Positions 25,177 through 36,802 of a stretch of 64,000 nt of DNA are shown piece by piece. Origin of the DNA: the human T2T-CHM13v2.0 reference genome, Homo sapiens; NCBI RefSeq assembly GCF_009914755.1, contig NC_060937.1, one strand, 5' to 3'. Each line of letters opens with the position of its first letter. Position 1 is the stretch's first letter. The translations under genes and the position numbers were made by a program. The notes under the pieces were generated by a model, which saw only the letters and a program-made list of their open reading frames with translations, searched no databases and had not been told where the DNA came from.

Positions 25177-26354
25177 ACCAAGAAATATGTATTTTTATAA
25201 TTATAATTATTAGCTAGTATCTTGCTTGGTGCAGATACTGGAAGCCTGCTCTGTTAGACAAATGATAAATCCAGCATTCTGAATTTACAAGTCTTTGGGA
25301 CAGATACAGAAAATTCTTATTTTCTGTCTCAAAGAAATGTTCAGATCTCTGAAAATCTTCACTTCTCCTATTTACCTGCCTGTACTTCATCCAGACCGAA
25401 GACAATAGAATGATGTTTTCATTTTACTTCTCCTCCCTCTTCCCTCATACTCAGTAGCTTGACCCTGCTGAGAGATGATGCATCTTATTCCTGTGGTTCC
25501 TTTCCACTCCACAATGTGAAAAGTGTCTCATCACCTCAAGCAGTCTCCTCCTGCCAATCTTGTCTCCACTTTGTGCCCATGGCCAGCAAGCACCCATGTA
25601 CACCCATCTCTGCTCAGGGATTCTGGGGACTTCCTATTTCCTGAAGAAAACTTTCAAATTTCCAACTCACTAATGTTATTATGGTGCCTACCTTCTCCTT
25701 TAACCAATTCTTACCCAGCTTCCTGTTCCCACCAAAGTGGCCACCCTTGTGCCCATTCCTGCTGTGAGGCTTTGCTCCTGGGACACCATTCCTCCCTACC
25801 CCCACCGCCCTGATGCTGACATCCTTCCAGCATTTGTGATTCATTTCCAAGTTAGCTTTTCCAAGAAATCTTCCCAGACTTCTTCAGCCTGGTATCATTC
25901 AGATTTCTTGAATTCCTTCTTTTCTAAATACCAGAAACTTTAGTGTCTCTGCTCTTCAACTGGTAACTAGTGTTTGAGGTAGCAGAGAGAGAACAAATAT
26001 CAATTAAGCATCTACAATGAAACATTGTTCTGGACACTTATTGTCACAACCTGTGGAAACATAGGCTCAAGAGGCCACGTTATTTTCATATGGGTATAAG
26101 AGCTGTTGATTCAAGGTTTAAATTCAAGTCCATCTGATACCAAAGTTCATGTTCTTTTTATATAGCACCTTAGCCAATCACTACAAAATGACAAATGGAG
26201 AACAAGAGCTGTGTCTTTGATTTGAAATTTCCGTTCATCATTCATTTAGCCAACACGTATTTTATGAACAATTGTTATGTGATAGACATGGTTGTACATG
26301 CTTTGGGAGGACTCAAATAATAATGATGATAGCAATGAAAATGATAGTGGTAGC

Positions 26355-26590
26355 AGTAGTTAACAATTATGTAGCAGTTTGTGTGTGGCAGACACTGTTC
26401 TAAGTGATTTACATGTTTTATCTAATTTCTTCTTTATAACGACACTGTGAGAAGGCTCTAGAATGATCCTCTTTATACCTGAGGAAACTGAGGCACATGA
26501 GGAACCTGCATGAGATCACAAAGCTAGTAATGGCACACTGGATTGGAACCCAGGGGTCTGGAGCCTAACCACAGTGCTGCACTGTTCCTC
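26355..26590 (-). mobile_element. MIR
   Basis: 'cagacactgttctaagtgatttacatg', 'tgaggaaactgaggcac' and 'gatcacaaagctagtaa'. Confidence 0.8.
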
Positions 26591-27623
26591 AGATAAGACC
26601 CCATCCCTGTCCTCAAGGTGATAAACCGAATATGCTGGACAAGTTTGGTTCTTAATTCTATCCATGAATACCTAGGACAATCAGTAATATGGGTGAATAT
26701 TTTATTACTTATTCTATAAAGTTTTAATTTATAATTTTCTTCCCTCTGCTGTGTATTTTAAATAAATGATAATTTGAAACAGGTGCCTTTTCTCTCAACC
26801 TAGAAAAGGCCAAGCTCTGATCTGAATTTCAGATGCCAACTTTCTCTAGGACATCATTGTCCCATGGCCCTAGCTAGGCTTGAGTAACCATTTATTCATT
26901 GGTTAACATCAACTTCCCTCAAGCTGGCAAAACCAACAAATGATATCAGAAGCAAGCAATTTTGTCATCTAATTTAGATTAGATCTGTGATGTTAAGGAA
27001 GACCTTTTTGAGATTATATATATTATATATATATATAATGCAAATTATCTGCTTGTATTATCTGATACCAATAAAAACAGATGTTGAGTAGATAAGGACT
27101 TGGTAAAGCATTGTAAAATAATGGATAGCACTATTTAGCAAAGTTTTCAGAACATATATACCTGGTGAGTTCTTTCTTTCATGGATTAAAAGCTATTGTT
27201 AAAAGAAGAACAGAAAGATTCCATCATGGCTTGGGGGAAGGCTGCCCACATGTGGATAACACAGCGGCCAGTGTGTGGACTTTCATGGTGTTGCTGGCTT
27301 CACCCAGATATTGTAAAAATGTGTAAAAGGTATTCTTATCTCTCCCAGTGGCTTCCTAACCCCTTTCCCACTTCAAACAGCATTGGTACCTATTTGGAGT
27401 CTCCAAGTTAAATGTTTGGATGTGTCTTTTTTGGTGCTCATCCATATGATAATAAGAAATTCCAGGAGAAAATGAAAATTTTTGTGAGCGCATTGTTTTG
27501 TATTAGGAGGCCATTTTATTGTCTCTGTTCTAGAGTTCTGGAAATGTTTCGACCCAGGATAGCCTGGCCGGGATTTGGTCAGATTTGGGCAGTTGGACAC
27601 CATCTAGCATAGCCTTCCCATCC

Positions 27624-27918
27624 TTTTTTTGTTGTTTTTGAGACGGAATCTTTCTTGTCAGCCAAGCTGGAGTGCAGTGACACGATCTTGGCTCACTGCA
27701 ACCTCTGCCTCCTGGGTTCAAGCCATTCTCTTGCCTCGGCCTCCCCAGTAGCTGAGATCACAGGTGCGCACCACCATGTCCAGCTAATTTTTGTATTTTT
27801 AGTGGAGACAGGGTTTCACCATGTTGGCCAGGGTAGTCTCGAACTCCTGACCTCATGATCCACCTGCCTCGGCCTCCCAAAGTACTGGGATTACAGGTGT
27901 GAGCCACTGTGCCCAGCC
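27624..27918 (-). mobile_element. AluS
   Basis: Full antisense Alu dimer ending 'gagccactgtgcccagcc'. Confidence 0.95.
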
Positions 27919-27967
27919 ACCGTCCATTTTTTCTAGAAATAACAACCTTATAAGAACTGCCAGTTTG

Positions 27968-28273
27968 GGCTGAGTGCGGTGGCTCAGCACTTTGGGAGGC
28001 CGAGGTGGGCAGATCACCTGAGATCAGGAGTTCCAGACCAGCCTGGCCAACATGGTGAAATCCCGTCTCTACTAAAAATACAAAAAATAAAAATACAAAA
28101 AATAAAATAAAATAAGCCTGGCGTGGTGGCACGTGCCTGTAGTCCCAGATACTTAGGAGGCTGAGGCAGGAGAATCACTTGAACCCGGGAGGTGGAGGTT
28201 GCACTGAGCCGAGATCACGCCATTTCACTCCTGCCTGGGTGATGAGAGCGAAACTCCTTCTAAAAGAAAAAAA
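27968..28273 (+). mobile_element. AluS with a 5' internal deletion and an expanded middle A-rich linker
   Basis: Sense Alu lacking 'cgcctgtaatccca'. TSD 'aagaactgccagttt' (27952-27966) / 'aagaactaccagttt' (28273-28287). Confidence 0.95.
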
Positions 28274-28713
28274 AGAACTACCAGTTTCATTTCCATGTCT
28301 ACCTACCATTCTGCCATCAGGCTCAGTAAACGAAATGGGCAAGTAACATTTATCCAGCATAGACTACTGGCCATAACTCAAATTAGCTGTTGATGAATAT
28401 CACTTTATTGAACTATTCATAAGACTTTCTGAATTAGGTTTCTTAATGTATTCATTTTATAGAGAAACAAACAAGCTCAGAGACTTAAAGTTGTCCAAGA
28501 TCAGTGTATTTGGTGGCAACACAGACCTAACCCAACTTACTATGAGGGCATCTGTACCCAAGAAGAATGGAGATGGAACTGAGAACAGGCACATATTAAT
28601 TCAGGATCACGAATGTTTATCGCACTCTCATTCTGCCTCTCTCCATTCTCCTTCAGTTCTATATCTCAGGTGCATTTTCCTTTGAGTAGCCCTCATTCTT
28701 TTCAACCAAACAG

Positions 28714-28907
28714 GGCTTCCCCTGTACATACTGGGCAGGTAGTTCTTCCCAGCTTAGCCACCTCAGGGGAGAGCGTTTCTCTTTTAATGTCTGAAACAAA
28801 TCTCTTCAAGACAAGGACTCTTATTGCTCTGCTTGAGAACATGCCCATTTCTGAACTGTCACTGCATCGAGGGGCATAGGATCCTGTCCCTGAGAAGACC
28901 AGATCAG
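28714..28907 (+). other. Candidate non-coding/cryptic exon (194 nt)
   Basis: Acceptor 'cctcattcttttcaaccaaacag|' and donor 'cag|gtgagg'. All three frames contain stops. A UG-rich tract follows at ~28934-28995. Confidence 0.3.
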
Positions 28908-28933
28908 GTGAGGGACTCCTCCTGCTGGGACGT

Positions 28934-28995
28934 ATATGTGTGTATGTGAGTGTGTGAGCCTGTGTGAGTGTGATTGTGTGACTGTGTGTGTGTAT
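28934..28995. repeat. Imperfect (TG)n tract
   Basis: 'tatgtgtgtatgtgagtgtgtgagcctgtgtgagtgtgattgtgtgactgtgtgtgtgtatg'. Confidence 0.85.
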
Positions 28996-29226
28996 GGCTT
29001 TATAGCACACTAAAGGGTATTAGGAAAAGGACATATAAAATTGGAGCTGAAGATACATTTTTTGCCCTCCACTAACTCTTAAAAATGGTTTTTCACATCT
29101 AGTGGTAATGGGTAGATATCATAAATTATCTAAAGATAATTATTAATGTGCTTTAAAAAATACTTTTTTTCCAGTCATATACTTATGGTTCAAGGGAATT
29201 TGTAGACAAAATAAGATACTACTCCA

Positions 29227-29280
29227 GCTTTGTGACATGGCATGCTTTGTGATATGGCACATGCTTTGCGATATGGCACA
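29227..29280. repeat. Three-copy 17-19 bp minisatellite
   Basis: gctttgtgacatggcat / gctttgtgatatggcacat / gctttgcgatatggcaca. Confidence 0.9.
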
Positions 29281-29676
29281 GGTCACTATAGGAAAAGTTA
29301 AGACTCAAAAATTCTCCTGAGAGGCCATCTTACTTCAATTTATAGGAAGAAAATGTCACTGTGTAGATCATTACTTATAACAAAGACTCTATATACATTT
29401 TATAGATGGTCATTATGCATATCTTTTCACAGAAATTTCTTTTTTCATTGACATTTAATTTTCAGATAGCAGGAGATCCTTGAACTTCTTTTTGGGCAGG
29501 GAAAGAATAATTTCAGAGGATAATTATTACTATTGTTGATACTTGTTGTATACAAACTCTTTCTAAAGATGAAAGCCTTTTCCTGAGAATAGCTGCTTAG
29601 AATATGTAACTGAGCATGAAAAGAGAAGGTAGAAAGTGGTTGGCGTCCTAGACATTCATGTGTAGCCTGAAAGTAG

Positions 29677-29983
<307 letters not shown>

Positions 29984-30522
29984 TTGGCTACTCTTTAAGT
30001 TGTCTTTTTAATACAATGCTTGTTTCAAACAGATGTCATAAATAACCAATTTGGTGTGTTTTGAGGTGATCACAGTAAGATGAAGGCAGCATGACCTTCA
30101 GAGACAAGGAAGTAGTAGATAATGTAAAGCAACTAAAACATTCCACCACTTTTTGTCAAGGCAGGTTATTTTTCCATGAGAAATGACTCTTCAGCTATGG
30201 TCAGGAGGATGCTAACAAACCAGACCCTAAAAAGTCAGACTGTTCTGCAGAAATCATTAACCCACTGTAATTTTGGTCCATTTCAAGACGAACTGAGAGC
30301 ATAGCTTTGTCCAAGACATACATCTGGGCTGTCTGCCATATACTGGCAAGGAAGGAAGTTGCTCTTTTGGAGGTAAGATTCAGATAGACTTGGACTCTGC
30401 TGTCTACCTGCACAAGCAAGCTGGACTCGACCTGGCTCGGTGGGATCTCATCTGGTCCTATTGCTTTAACTGCACCTTAGTGGATTTATTTCTAAAATGA
30501 ATTTACTGCTTCATTTAACATG

Positions 30523-30877
<355 letters not shown>

Positions 30878-30919
30878 TAAGCATGAGATATTCAGGATGA
30901 ATAAGAAAGAGTGCCATGG

Positions 30920-31985
30920 ATCTTGTTCAATTAACAGCGTCCTATCAGGCATTGTTCTAGAAAAAGTACTTGTGAACACAGAGTTTATGTCCACAGCAAA
31001 GCAGCAGAAAACAAACAAATGATGCACATACAAATGTTATTATGTGAAGTGGTGATCAGCGATGAGAATTTAAATCAAGCAGTGTCAAAAGACTGAGAGT
31101 GACTTGAGCCAGTGCTGTGATCTGATGAGGTGAGACATGAATTTAGTGAGAAGAGCTATGTTAACACCTGGATGAACAACGTGCCAGCCAGAAAAGAGAG
31201 CAAGTACAGTGGCCATGAGGGGGACCATTTTTGGTGGCTTTGAAAAGCAGCAAGGTGGCCAGTGTTACTGTGATAGAATAATAAGGGGCAGAGAAGGAGT
31301 AGGGGGCATCTGAGCAGTAGCCGGAGAGCAGATCATGTAGGGCTTTGCAGGATATGGTAAGGAATCCTGGCTTTATTCAGAGTAAGATGGAAAGGAATGG
31401 GAAAAAACAGTATGATCAGAACATGATCTGAGTTAGTTTCTGCAGGGATCCCTGTCATGTGGGATGGGGGTTGGGAAAGTGGAAGTCAGATGAACATCTG
31501 GCAGCCCTTGCAATGGTCCAAACCAGAAGATAATTGCTTCAATAAATGCTGTGTGTGTTAAAGGATTAGTGATTAGCTGGAGTGGGAAGAAGCTGTTGGA
31601 TTCTGGATATAGTTTAGGACTGAGCAACAAAATTTGCTGCTAAGTTGGATATAGGATGTGAGGGAAGGAGAGAGGAGTCATGGTTGACACCAAGATTTTT
31701 GTCTGTGATGTGCAGTTATCATTTGCTGATGTGAATAAGACAGAAGAGAGATGGGCTGAGGGGGATAATTAGAAACCAAGAGTTCAGTTTTGGATACATT
31801 AAGTGTATACACAAATGTGCACATACAAGTGCACACACATATACACACACTTAAGTAGAAGTGTTTGAGTGGGTAGTTAGATATATAAGTCTGCAAGTTC
31901 AGGAAAGAGGCCCAGTTGGAGTGGGAGTTGTCAGCGGATAGGTGCTATTTAAGGCCATGCTATTAGATGAGGCCACTCAGAGATC
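30920..31985 (-). mobile_element. L2 (~1 kb, 3' region)
   Basis: 'agcagatcatgtagggctttg', 'ggattctggatatagttt', 'gagttcagttttggatacattaagt' and 'tatttaaggccatg'. Confidence 0.8.
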
Positions 31986-32084
31986 TAGAAAGCATGACCT
32001 TCAGATAACACAGTCTCTGAGTAAAGAATGTGGCGAGAACACTTTATCTCATACTGCTTGTACGTTATTTATATCAAATCAAGG

Positions 32085-32210
32085 ATTCATTCATTCTCAT
32101 TTACTCATTCCTTTATTTATTCACTCACATTTTATTTAACAGATATCTGATAGTGCCCTGCCAGGCACTAAACCAGGTACTAAGGACATAGTGAAGAACA
32201 ACAGAGGCAT
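32085..32210 (-). mobile_element. L2 3' terminus fragment
   Basis: (CATT)-like run followed by 'tgccaggcacta...ggacatagtgaagaacaa'. Confidence 0.6.
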
Positions 32211-32873
32211 GCTCGTTGGACAGTTCTATAAATCCCAGCTACAGGCATACCTCATTGTATCACATTTCATTTTACTGCACTTTGTAGATATTGCATTTTT
32301 CGCAAATTGAAGGTTTGTGGCAACCTTGCATTTAGCAAATCAATCAGTGCTGTTTTTCCAACAGCGTTTGCTTACTACGTGTCTTTGTATCATATTTGAT
32401 AACTCTCACAATCTTTGAAACATTTTCGTTATTATATCTGTTATGGTTATCTGTGATCGGTGCTCTTTGATGTTACTATTTTAGTTGTTTTGGTGCATGA
32501 TGAAGTATGCTCATATAGGACGGTGAACGTAATCAATAAATGCTGTGTGTGTTCTGACTGCTCCTCTGACTGGTCATTCCCCTGTTTTTCTCCCATACCC
32601 TGAGATACAATATTGAAATTAGACCAGTTAATAACCCTACGCTAGCCTCAAAATGTTCAAGTGAATGGAAGAGTCACCCATCTCTTACTTTAAGTCAAAA
32701 GCTAGAAATGATTAAGCTTAGCAAGGAAGGCATGTCAAAAGTGAAAAAGGCTGAAAGCTTGGCCTATTGTGCCAAATAGCCAAGTTCTGAATGCTAAGAA
32801 ATAGTTCCTGATGGAAATTAAAAGTGCTCCTCCTCTAGTGAACACATAAATGATAAGAAAGCTAAACAGCCTA

Positions 32874-33184
32874 TTGTGTGGTGTTTTGTTTGTTAGTTTG
32901 TTTTTACAGGGTCTCACTCTGTGGCCCAGGCTGAAGTGCAGTGGTGTAATCACAGCTCACTGCAGCCTTGACCTCCCAGGCTTAAGCGTTCCTCCCTCCT
33001 CAGCCCCTTAAGTAGCTGCGACTACAGGCAGGCAACACCACACCCGGCTAATTTTTGTATTTTTTGTACAGCTGGGGTTTCACCATGTTACCCAGGCTGG
33101 TCTCAAACTCCTGGACTCAGCTGATCGGTCTGCCTTGGCCTCCTAAAGTGCTGGGATTACAGGCATGAGCCACCGTGCCTGGCC
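32874..33184 (-). mobile_element. AluJ inserted in Tigger1
   Basis: AluJ diagnostics 'cacagctcactgcagccttgacc' and 'agggtctcactct'. Flanks share 'cagcct'. Confidence 0.92.
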
Positions 33185-35450
33185 AAGGCAGCCTTTCTTA
33201 TCAAATTTTAGTAGGCTGGATAGAAGATTAAAGCAGCCGCAATATTCCCTTAAACCAAGTCTAATCCAGAGCAGGCCCTAACTCTCTTCAATGCTATGAA
33301 GGCTGAGAGAGACGAAGAAACTGCAGAAAAAAGTTTGAAAGAGGAGTCGGCTGACTGGAAGCAGCTGGTGGGTGCCGCTCACAGGGAGAAAAGAAAGAGT
33401 AGTGAGTGGACACTAGCTCTTCAACTGGAACATCCAGGTGGACACACTGGGATTCATCAAGGAAACAATTTGACCCCCATGCAATGAAGGGGAAGGAGAC
33501 TGGATGACTGCCTGCCATGGAATGGCATGGAGCCGGGGCAGTCCCCTTCACCATGGAGAAATGGGTGAGTGAGAGTCCTTGCCACGACCTTTGCAACCCT
33601 GTACCCAGTACATGCCTCTTGGGGGGGAGATCCCCTATGTGGTGCCTTCAGACTGACACAGAGAGCTACATGGAGTCTGGGCAGAGCCTCCACTCAGGCA
33701 CACATGGAGTCCTGGGAGCCTTGGATCCCACGGCATCCTGGCAGTAGTGGCTGCAGCTCCCGCAGTGGAGTAGGTCAGTCTTCCTCACATGCCTGCATGA
33801 AAGGGGCTGAGCATTGAGGAACTGTAGGCCTCCCCACCCCTTATGTTCACAGGATAAGGCCTACTAGCCTCTGACCCTAGCCTGGCCATACCAGCCCTGC
33901 CTGGGCCCTCAGGCTGGTACCAGCTCTTCACTTCTCTGGGATAGAGCTCCCAGAGGAAGAGGCTGGCTGCCATTTTTGCTGCTCTGCGGCCATCACCCCT
34001 GTTGCCCTCAGGCTCTCGGGTGTGGGCAGTGACTAGGGTCTGGTGCAGACCCCCAGCAAAATGCAGCCACGCTATGGAAAAGTGGCCAGATTGTTCTCCA
34101 TATGTGTCTTCACCCCTGCTTCTCACAGGGCAGGGCCTCCCAACCCAGGACTTCAGCACAACTGTCCCCATCAGAACACTTCAGTCAGTGGTGGCTTTGC
34201 ATTTCTCTGAGGAGGAATTCCCAGGGACAACCCACAGCCTCTCTCCCACTGCAGCTGCAGTGGTAAGGCCCTTGGTGCTCTCCAGCTGGGGAAGGAACAA
34301 AGAGCCTGGTTGCTACACTAGCACCTCCAGCACACCACAGCCACCATGTGGAGAGGATCCCAGTCTCTCTTCCCTGTACTACCCGACTCTTCACCAGGCA
34401 GGCCCCTAGCTCAGGACCACAGAATAGCTGCCTACCCCTGCTGAGCATACCCACTGCTAGTGGCTCTTTGTTTCCCTGGGGAGTGGCTCCCAGAGACAAC
34501 CGATGGCCTCTCTTTCACTGCCATGGCTGCAGCAGCCTGCTTTTGCTGCCCTTGGACTGGAGAAGGAACAGAGCCTGAGGGCTTTACTCATGCTTCTAGC
34601 ACACCACAATCACCATACAGAGAGAAGCCTAATTCTCTCCTTACTGTGAGCCCCTGTCCCCCACCACCCATCACCAGCCAGAGCCCCCAGACTGGGGCAG
34701 CAGTGTAGCCACCCCAACCCCTGGCTGAATGTTCCCAGTAACAGCGGCTCTGGGAGTGGTGCTGCCCTGGCTGCCCTAAGACCAGGGAAGAAGCAAAGAC
34801 CCTGCATGGTTTAAACACATATCCAGCAAGCCACAGCCACCCTAAGGAGAAGAGGCCAGATTGTCTCTCCTGCATCCCACCCACCACCCCTGCTCATCAC
34901 TAGGCAGAGGCCCCCCAGCTTGGGCCCATAGCACTACTGCCCCATCCTTGGCCGATCACACTGATTGACAGCAGCTCTGCATGTCTCTGTTGTGGAGCCC
35001 CAAGAGACAAATGAAAGACCCTCTGCTGCTTTCTCCTGCTGCCTCCAGGATGGGAAGAGAACATAAAGCCTGGCTGAGATCACCCTAGACTGTGGTATGC
35101 AGCTCAGGAATGCCCAGCCAAGATCTGCAGCCAGCACTCAAGTGGGAGAGGAGTCCTCACTTTCAGAACACTGAGAGGGAGCACAGCTCCAATCCTGAGG
35201 AAATACAGAGGAGCCGCGTGACTGAACAAGCACCTACCTACTGGCCATTACACTTAAGTGCCACCTACTGGATCTCAGCCCAAAACATCAACACCAAAAA
35301 TACTTTATAATATATCCCCATGAAACCAAGGACAAGAATCAGCTACGAATGAACAACTGGCACAAAAGCCTGGGCCCTCTGAAAACATCCAGAAAAGAAG
35401 TCAACTGTACTCAAATTACACCACAGTTAAAGGAACAGTTACCCACAAAG

Positions 35451-36435
35451 ATGAGAAAGAATGAGCGCAAGGACTCCGGCAACTCAAAAAGCCAGTGTGT
35501 TTTCTTTTCTCCAAATGACTGCGCTAGTTCCAGCAAGGGTTCTTAACCAGGCTGAAATGACAGAAATAGAATTCAGAACATAGATAGGAATGAAGATTAT
35601 CAATATGCAAGAGGAAGTTAAAACTCAATTCAAGGAATCTAAGGATTCCAGTAAAATGCTACAGGACCTGATAGACAAATGGCCATTAGAAGAAAGAATC
35701 AAACTAATCTGATACAACTCAAAAACATACTACAAGAATTTCATAATGCAATCACACATATTAACAGGAGAATAGGCCAAGCAGAGGAAAGAATCTCAGC
35801 GCTCAAAGACTAGTTCTCTGAACTTAGACAAAAATAAAGAAAAAAGAATTAGAAAAGAATGAACAATACCTCTGAGAAATATGGGTTTGTGTAAAGAGAC
35901 CAAATTTACAACTCATTGGCAACTCTGAAAGAGAAAGGGAGAAAGCAAACAACTTGGAAAACATATTCAGGGTATCATCCATGAAAAAACTTCCCCAACC
36001 TTGCTGGAGAGGCCAACGTTCAAATTCAGGAAATGCAGAGAACTCCTGTGAGATACTACACCAGAATACCATCCCCAAGACATGTAACCATCAGATTCTC
36101 CAAGGTCAAAATGAAATTCAAAAGTGTTAAAGGTAGCTAGAGAGAAGGGGCAGGTCAGGGAACCCCATCAGGCTAAACCCTACAAGCAGAAACCTACAAG
36201 CCAGAAGAGATTGGGGGGGCCTATATTCAGCATTCTTAAAGAAAAGAATTTCCAACCAATAATTTTATATCCAGCCAATTTAAACTTCATAAGTGAAAGA
36301 CAAATAAGGTCATTTTCAGACAAGCAAATGCTGAGGGAATTCATTACCACCAGACCTACCTTACAAGAGATCTTGAAAGTAGTGCTAAGTATGGAAAGGA
36401 AAGACCATTGCCAGTCATTACAAAAACACATTTAA
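35451..36435 (+). pseudogene. L1 ORF1p remnant (disrupted)
   Basis: N-terminus MRKNERKDSGNSKSQ and C-terminal domain 'PIFSILKEKNFQPIILYPANLNFISERQIRSFSDKQMLREFITTRPTLQEILK'. Stops and frameshifts lie in between. Confidence 0.9.
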
Positions 36436-36500
36436 GTACCAGACCATTGACACTATAAAGCAACCACACAAAAAAGTCTGCCTAATAACCAGCTAACAAC

Positions 36501-36758
36501 ATGAGGGCAAAATCAAATCAGCATCATATCACATTAGCTTTAAATGTAAATGTGCTAAACGCCCCAGTTAAAAGACACAGAGTGATAAGCTGGATAAAGA
36601 AACAAGACACAATGATACGCTGTCTCTTGGGCAGCATAGGCTCAAAATAAAGGAATGCAGAAAAATCTACCAAGCAAGTGGAAAACAGAAAAAAAAACTG
36701 GGGTTGCTATCCTAATCTCATATAAAACAAACTTTAAACAAACAAAAATAAACACGCA

Positions 36759-36802
<44 letters not shown>

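Noticed and set aside
27081-27170. Exon ending at ctg|gtgagt
   Set aside because: The upstream acceptor is purine-rich and all frames are closed.
29227-29280. CRISPR-like or iteron-like array
   Set aside because: The units are contiguous with no spacers and the context is eukaryotic. It is a simple minisatellite.
33294-35310. Cluster of overlapping 60-135 aa ORFs on both strands
   Set aside because: They lie in the GC-rich L1 5'UTR, where stop codons are rare, and show no recognisable protein motifs.
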